Shown here: positions 13,836 through 19,977 of the stretch, one piece after another
Layout: each line of letters opens with the position of its first letter
How positions within the stretch are numbered: position 1 is the first letter of the stretch
Assembly: GCF_006345805.1 (NCBI RefSeq)
Contig: NW_021824079.1
Span: 1-19,977, forward strand
Source: Octopus sinensis
Lineage: Eukaryota
Direction: 5' to 3'
Length of the DNA: 19,977 nucleotides
The notes under the pieces: model-generated
Seen by the model: only the letters and a program-made list of their open reading frames with translations
Told to the model about the DNA's origin: nothing
Database searches by the model: none
Position numbers and translations under genes: made by a program

Positions 13836-14253
13836 TTAATGATATGTAACGCGTTGTACATTGATATGTAATTAGAGTCCCAGAGATAGATTTAGCAAGG
13901 CAGGACAAAATCTATGTTCGGGTCCCAGGATGACAGGAGAGTGGGGAAAGAAAGGGTCTACAAATTCAACGAATCAGAGAATAGTCACGCGCCACTCCAT
14001 GTCTCTGTGGGTCACTAGCTGATCTATTTCTGAACCTCCGCCGTATATAGAAGCAGCATAGAATCTGTATATAGAACTCGGTCAGCTCGTGGTCGGCCGT
14101 ACGACTGTGTCCTCTCCACAGAGGAAAATGATACGGCATATCTATTTCTTTCTTTGTGTGTGTTTGTGTATGTATATGTGTGTATGTATACACCTTTCTT
14201 CTGGATATACATTAGAACACACACACATATATATATATACATATACGCGTTTG

Positions 14254-14354
<101 letters not shown>

Positions 14355-14476
14355 GTATATGCGTGACTGTGTGTGTGTGGTCCTCTGTGTGTGTGTGTTT
14401 GTGTATGTGATATTTAAGACATGTTAAAGTATCACTTAGAGGCACACAAACTGCGTTGACTGAAGTATAGTTGTGT

Positions 14477-14635
14477 GGAGGCGCGTGAGTTGTGGAGTGG
14501 TTAGGGTGTCACACTCATAATCGTAAGATTGTGGTTTCGATTCCTTGACCGGGTGATGCGTTATATTCTTAAGCAAAACACTTCATTTCACAACGTTGCA
14601 GTCCACTCAGCTGGCAAATATGAGTAACTCTGCGA
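14477..14635 (+). mobile_element. SINE family C, head and core (3'-truncated)
   Basis: GGAGGCGCGTG...AGTGGTTAG (A box), CTCATAA loop, GTTTCGATTCC (B box). It matches 214-435. Confidence 0.75.
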
Positions 14636-14766
14636 AATCCTGGCATTCTATTCTGTGATGGGGGGGGGGGAGTGACGTGGGGGTGATGTGGGCTATCTGT
14701 GCTACAGAATCCAAGAAAAGCTTTATGAGTCTATTGCTCGGGAAGGACTTTGACAGTGATAGTTAA

Positions 14767-14995
14767 CATAATCTTTACTACCCACAAGGGGCTAAACACA
14801 GAGGACAAACAAGGACAGACAAACGGATTAAGCCGATTACATCGACCCAAGTGCATAACTGGTACTTAATTTATCGACCCCGAAAGGATGAAAGGCAAAG
14901 TCGACCTCGGTGGAATTTGAACTCAGAACGTAACGGCAGACGAAATACGGCTACGCATTTCGCCTGGCGTGCTAACGATTCGGCCAGCTCGCCGT
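14767..14995 (-). mobile_element. SINE family B, full length, with perfect 19-bp TSD
   Basis: CTTTGACAGTGATAGTTAA occurs at 14748-14766 and 14996-15014. Confidence 0.95.
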
Positions 14996-15023
14996 CTTTG
15001 ACAGTGATAGTTAATAGTTAATA

Positions 15024-15426
15024 GGCGCAAGAGTGGCTGTGTGGTAAGTAGCTTGTCTACCAACCACATCATTCCGGGTTCAGTCCCACTGCGTGGAACC
15101 TTGGGCAAGTGTCTTCTACTATAGCCTCGGGCCGACCAAAGCCTTGTGAGTGGATTTGGTAGACGGAAACTGAAAGAAGTCCGTCGTATATATGTATAAT
15201 ATATATGTGCGTGTGTGTGTTTGTCCCCTAGCATTGCTTGACAACCGATGCTGGTGTGTTTACGTCCCCGTTACTTAGCGGTTCGGCAAAAGAGACCGAT
15301 AGAATAAGTACTGGGCTTAGAAAAGAATAAGTCCCGGGGTCGAGTTGCTCGATTAAAGGCGGTGCTCCAGCATGGCCGCAGTCAAATGACTGAAACAAGT
15401 AAAAGAGTAAAAGAGTAAAAAGAGTA
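15024..15426 (+). mobile_element. SINE family A, full length (reference copy)
   Basis: tRNA-like head GGCGCAAGAGTGGCTGTGTGGTAAG...GGGTTCAGTCCC, CORE-like CCTTGGGCAAGTG, internal (TA)/(TG) linker and (TAAAAGAG)n tail. Confidence 0.95.
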
Positions 15427-15754
15427 TGTTCGTGAACAACCGGATGTACAAAGGCAATATCCTGCACAATTTGACCTGAGAAGTAAAAAATTCTCACGTG
15501 GGTCAAAAAATTCTCATATGTGATCGTAAGCGTATCATTAGGCCATGAATGATGTCGCCAGAATGACGTCAACAGACTGGCGGTAGGTTTAAGAGAATGT
15601 ATTCCCTCGAGATAACATGCGCAGCGTATTGACTTTCCATGTCCAAAAAGAAAAAAACGCAAGAACGTATTAAATGTCTTTGTAGATAATAGCTTTTTAT
15701 TCAGCACTGCTTTATGTGCTTCCGATTAAAACTTCATCACGTATTAAATATCAC

Positions 15755-15892
15755 AAACATACATACACACAGGCACACACATGCAAACCCACGCGGGCGC
15801 ACACACACATACACACACATGCATGCACACACACATACACACACTCTCACTTATTCACATACACATACACACACACTCACTTACATACACAC
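15755..15892. repeat. Degenerate (CA)-rich tract
   Basis: Directly visible. Confidence 0.85.
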
Positions 15893-16702
15893 GGCAGAAA
15901 CGTTAGCACGCCGGGCGGAATGCTTAGCGGTATTTCGTCTGCCCCTACGTTCTGAGTTCAAATTCCGTCAAGGTCGACTTTGCCTTTCATCCTTTCGGGG
16001 TCGATAAATTAAGTACCAATTACGCACTGGGGTCGTTGTAATCGACTTAATACCTATGTCTGTCCTTGTTTTTCCCCTCTATGTTTAGCCCCATGTGGGT
16101 AGTAAAGAAATAGGTATTTCGTCTGCCGTTACATTCTGAATTCAAATTCCGCCAAGGTCGACTTTGCCTTTCATCCTTTCGGGGTCGATAAATTAAGTAC
16201 CAGTTACGCACTGGGGTCGTTGTAATCGACTTAATACCTATGTCTGTCCTTGTTTTTCCCCTCTATGTTTAGCCCCATGTGGGTAGTAAAGAAATAGGTA
16301 TTTCGTCTGCCGTTAGGTTCTGAGTTCAAATTCCGTCAAGGTCGACTTTGCCTTTCATCCTTTCGGGGTCGATTAAATAAGAAACAGTTACGCACTGGGG
16401 TCGATGTAATCGACTTAATACCTATGTCTGTCCTTGTTTGTCCTCTCTATATTTAGCCTCTGTGGGCAATAAAGAAATAATAAACGTTAGCACGCCGGGC
16501 GGAATGCTTAGCGGTGGTATTTCGTCTGTCTTTACGTTCTGAGTTCAAATTTCGCCGAGGTCGACATTGCCTTTCATCCTTTCGGGGTCGATTAAATAAG
16601 TAACAGTTACGCACTGGGGTCGATGTAATCGACTTAATCTATTTGTCTGTCCTTGTTTGTCCCCTCTCTGTGTTTAGCCCCCTGTGGGCAATAAAGAAAT
16701 AA
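15893..16702 (+). mobile_element. SINE family B tandem array: 15893-16112, 16113-16296 (184 nt), 16297-16480 and 16483-16702
   Basis: The first two junctions read AAAGAAATA|GGTATTTCG. The fourth unit restarts in the head (AACGTTAGCACG). Confidence 0.95.
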
Positions 16703-16789
16703 CAAACACAGGAACACATACATGCGCATGCACACTCATACATATACGCGCGCGTTCGTACATCGCTGATAATTATGGCGGGAATGATG

Positions 16790-16932
16790 GTAGCGACCAT
16801 GATGATTATGATAGTGACGATAATGGTAATGGCTTCATTTTATTAGTTACACAACCACCACCACCACCACCACCACCACCACCACTACCATCACTGCCAC
16901 CAATGTTGCTGCTGTTGCTGCTGTTGCTGCTT
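16790..16932. repeat. Triplet low-complexity tract (GAT)n/(CCA)n/(GCT)n
   Basis: Directly visible. Confidence 0.85.
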
Positions 16933-17060
16933 CTACCCCTCGGTAGTCTACCCCCGTCCTTGCCAGGTCTTTCTTAATCCTTTTTATTTTCATTTTTACC
17001 TTAATCTGTCTTCAACGTCATTCAAACGTTGGTCGCTGATCCTCTACTGTTCAACCGAAA

Positions 17061-17104
<44 letters not shown>

Positions 17105-17330
17105 ATATATAAACCCACACACGAATATATAAACACACATACGAATATATAAACACACACACACAACACACACTCATACACATGTGTATATTCATACACA
17201 AACACACGCATACACACACACAAAACCACTAAGCACACACTTAGACATACCTGCATATGCACACATACCCAAGCCCCCTCGCATATTCACACACTCTCAT
17301 ACACCTGTATATGCATGCATATAGACAGAT
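17061..17330. repeat. (CA)n-rich tract containing three copies of a 20-bp unit ACGAATATATAAAC(A/C)CACA(C/T) at 17101-17160
   Basis: Directly visible period-20 repeat. Confidence 0.88.
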
Positions 17331-17449
17331 TCGCACGAATTCAGGTGAGTTAATATCTAAGCTGATAATATTTTATCACGCTTATCTAATCAGGTAATAA
17401 GACGATGATAAAAGCGAATGGGTTTCGTCACAGAGATTTTTGTGTGATA

Positions 17450-17593
17450 ATACTAACAGTAGTAGCAGCAGCAGTAGCAGCAGCAATAGCCGTACTAGAT
17501 GTTATCGTAGCAATACTATTATTGTTGTTGTTGTTATTATTATTATTATCATTATTATTATTATTATTATTGTTGTTGTTGTTATTATTATTG

Positions 17594-17625
<32 letters not shown>

Positions 17626-17674
17626 GTTATTATTGTTATTGTTATTATTATTATTGTTGTTATTATTATTGTTA

Positions 17675-17719
<45 letters not shown>

Positions 17720-17744
17720 CATCATCATCGTCATCATCATCATC
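17450..17744. repeat. Compound triplet microsatellite (AGC)n-(TTA/TTG)n-(TCA)n
   Basis: Directly visible. Confidence 0.95.
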
Positions 17745-17930
17745 GTATTTCGTCTGCCTGTTATGTTCTGAGTTCAAATTCCGCCGAGGTCGACTTTGCC
17801 TTTCATTTTTTCGGGGTCGATAAATTAAGTACCAGTTGCGCACTGGGGGGGGGGGATATAATCGACTTAATCCGTTTGTCTGTCCTTGTTTGCCCCCTCT
17901 ATGTTTAGCCCCTTGTGGTTAGTAAAGAAA
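17745..17930 (+). mobile_element. SINE family B solo head-less body
   Basis: It begins GTATTTCGTCTGCC, within 1 nt of the tandem-unit start, and ends AGTAAAGAAA followed by (TTA)n. Confidence 0.92.
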
Positions 17931-17937
17931 CAAATTA

Positions 17938-17985
<48 letters not shown>

Positions 17986-17992
17986 CAACGTC

Positions 17993-18031
<39 letters not shown>

Positions 18032-18044
18032 TGTAGTAGTAGTT

Positions 18045-18083
<39 letters not shown>

Positions 18084-18095
18084 ACAACAACAATG
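17931..18095. repeat. (TTA)n then (TAG)n microsatellite
   Basis: Directly visible. Confidence 0.95.
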
Positions 18096-18356
18096 GTGAT
18101 GATAATCTCTTCTTTATTTGACACGAGTGCTTGAAAAGATGCAATAAAATGCGAACCATGTTGAACATGGGGCTTAGAGAGACGTAGGGAGGGATGGAGG
18201 GATACGTTATACAACGACGAGTGGGCGAGTGCAAGACGTTATGTAATATATAAAGGGACGGGTTTTAAACTGATGAATATAAAAGTGAGAATGGCTGAGT
18301 ATTTCGTATACATGCGTATCTTTAGGGAGAAGTTTAGTTAGAATCAGCTTGAGGCA

Positions 18357-18675
18357 GTGAACTACAAGACTCGATTTTTTTTTTTTTGAATTTCATTCAG
18401 GCATATTGACCATTGGACACGAATATTGTCAGAAAAATACGTGAAAAAGAGGTCACCTGCGGACCATTGATAAAGAGTCTGCAAATCCAGTATCCAAGAT
18501 GTACTTTCAGCTTTATACCCATTATTATGGGAGCAACAGGATAAATACCAACCCATCTGGAGCAAAGTATGGCTGAACTTGGAATCTTGGTTGAGAGGAA
18601 TGCAAATCCTTAATTCATATTCTGCAAAACATCACGAAATCTATAAAAGTCTGCAAGACCTACTTACAGATTTAA
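18357..18675 (+). pseudogene. Decayed C-terminus (restriction-like endonuclease region) of an R4/NeSL-like non-LTR retrotransposon
   Basis: From 18410: PLDTNIVRKIREKEVTCGPLIKSLQIQYPRCTFSFIPIIMGATG*IPTHLEQSMAELG; then, after a frameshift, CKSLIHILQNITKSIKVCKTYLQI* (TAA 18673-18675). This fits the RLE pattern P.D.N...K..EK...Y..L...L...YP......PI.IGA.G.IP..L...L..LG. Not in the ORF track. Confidence 0.7.
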
Positions 18676-18746
18676 AGCAGTGGTTCCCAAAGTAGGCTGT
18701 ACTGCCCCTCTGGGGGCGGTATAAAGATCCTGGAGGGCTCTTTATA

Positions 18747-18976
18747 GGCGGCGAGCTGGCAGAAACGTTAGCACGCCGGGCGAAATGCTTAGCGGTATTT
18801 CGTCTGCGTTACGTTGTGAGTTCAAATTCCGCCGAGGTCGACTTTGCCTTTCATCCTTTCGGGGTCGAAAAATTAAGTACCAGTTGCGCACTGGGATCGA
18901 TGTAATCGACTTAATACCTATGTCTGTCCTTGTTTGTCCCCTCTGTGTTTAGCCCCTTGTGGGTAATAAAGAAATA
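18747..18976 (+). mobile_element. SINE family B, full length, with ~24-bp TSD
   Basis: GGTATAAAGATCCTGGAGGGCTCT (18718-18741) versus GGTATAAAGATCCCGGAGGGCTTT (18977-19000), 22/24 match. Confidence 0.95.
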
Positions 18977-19080
18977 GGTATAAAGATCCCGGAGGGCTTT
19001 GAAGAAAAATGGGGCGATAATGGGGTGACCAAAATGGGGCAATGGTTGTAAAAATAAAACCAAATAAAATAAAGGGTTAA

Positions 19081-19492
19081 TTACTGTCTTTTACTCTTTT
19101 TTACTTGTTTCAGTCATTTGACTGCGGCCATGCTGGAGTATCGAATTTAGTCCAGGAAATCGCCCCCAGGATTTATTCTTTGTAAGCCTTGTACTTATTC
19201 TATTGGTCTCTTTTTGCCGAACTGCTAAGTTACGGGACGTAAACACACCAGCATCAGTTGTCAAGCGATGTTGGGGGGTGGGGACAAAAACACACATATA
19301 TATATATATATATATATACATATATATATACGACGGACTTCTTTCAGTTTCCGTCTACCAAATCCACTCACAAGCCTTTGGTCGGCTCGAGTCTATAGTA
19401 GAAGACACTTGCCCAAGGTGCCACGCAGTCGGACTGAACAGTGGTTGTGTGGTTGGTAAGCAAGCTACTTACCACACAGCCACTCCTGCGCC
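19081..19492 (-). mobile_element. SINE family A, full length, inside the hAT element
   Basis: Reverse-complement match to 15024-15426, ending CACTCCTGCGCC. Possible short TSD GGTTAA on both sides. Confidence 0.93.
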
Positions 19493-19977
19493 TGGTTAAA
19501 TTTTATTTGGGAAATACAGTTGTTTTGAATTTGCTGCAGAAAATATTTTATGTCTGGCGGGGGGCACTATGAATGAGGCTTTAGAACCAAGGGGGCGGCA
19601 CCCTGAAAAAGTTTGGGAATCACTGATTTAAAGGATGACGGCTAAATCAACATGCTATCACACACAACTCTGCTACCAAGCCAGTTTCTTTATTAACCAT
19701 GAGGTTGAGAAAAAGAGGGGACGATACGAGGACGGGCAAAACAAACATTGGGGTCAGGGTATCGAATGAGACGAAACATATGAATAAACAAACAATTAAA
19801 ATATATACAATTCAACGAGAACGAGTGATTTACAAAAAAAAAAAGAAACGGAGGATGCGTTCGACCCCACAAACCATATACTCACACTGAAGACTTTGCT
19901 TTCTCCTTTTTATATTCTCGTTTAACATGATCATTCATTCGCGACATACTTGCTATAGACTTCCATCTTTACGAAGC

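Larger units (their letters stand above)
18678..19625. mobile_element. Non-autonomous hAT (Charlie/Buster-like) element with two nested SINEs
   Basis: TIRs are CAGTGGTTCCCAAA (18678) and TTTGGGAATCACTG (19612-19625), 13/14 match. Perfect 8-bp TSD ATTTAAAG at 18670-18677 and 19626-19633. Confidence 0.92.

Noticed and set aside
13860-14150. Unique, moderately GC-rich segment with a 75-aa minus-strand ORF, a possible host exon
   Set aside because: No recognisable protein motif in any frame and no clear splice signals. RNA-seq would be needed.
15228-15707. 159-aa minus-strand ORF
   Set aside because: Its C-terminal part is antisense SINE-A, and the rest has no recognisable motif.
16684-16977. 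97-aa ORF with acidic, poly-Pro and poly-Leu runs
   Set aside because: It is fully explained by adjacent triplet microsatellites, with no domain or convincing splice context.
17405-18234. Poly-Leu/Ile/Ser/Thr ORFs resembling membrane proteins or mucins
   Set aside because: They are translations of (TTA)n, (TAG)n and (TCA)n plus a SINE.

Overview
Repeat-dominated eukaryotic (animal) DNA with no recognisable host protein-coding exon. The SINE families and the very long (CATA)n/(TATC)n/(TA)n tracts resemble those of octopod cephalopods (Octopus); this is pattern recognition, not a database result. All very long ORFs in the track are translations of microsatellites. Supported content: (1) the 5' 27 nt of a tRNA-Gln-type gene cut by the window edge; (2) three tRNA-derived SINE families, called A, B and C here; (3) a decayed Penelope-like RT/GIY-YIG fragment; (4) an internally deleted mariner with both TIRs; (5) a ~3.5 kb (CATA)n array; (6) three head-to-tail 5'-truncated copies of a Tx1/L1-clade LINE, each flanked on both sides by (TATC)n; (7) the 3' end of an RLE-type (R4/NeSL-like) LINE, with a hAT MITE inserted at its stop codon and two SINEs inside the MITE. 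The most interesting signal is an apparent (TATC)n-targeting Tx1-clade LINE whose last 42 nt match the SINE-B tail at 37/42 positions. SINE-B also forms 184-nt tandem units that start at the loop of an internal hairpin.
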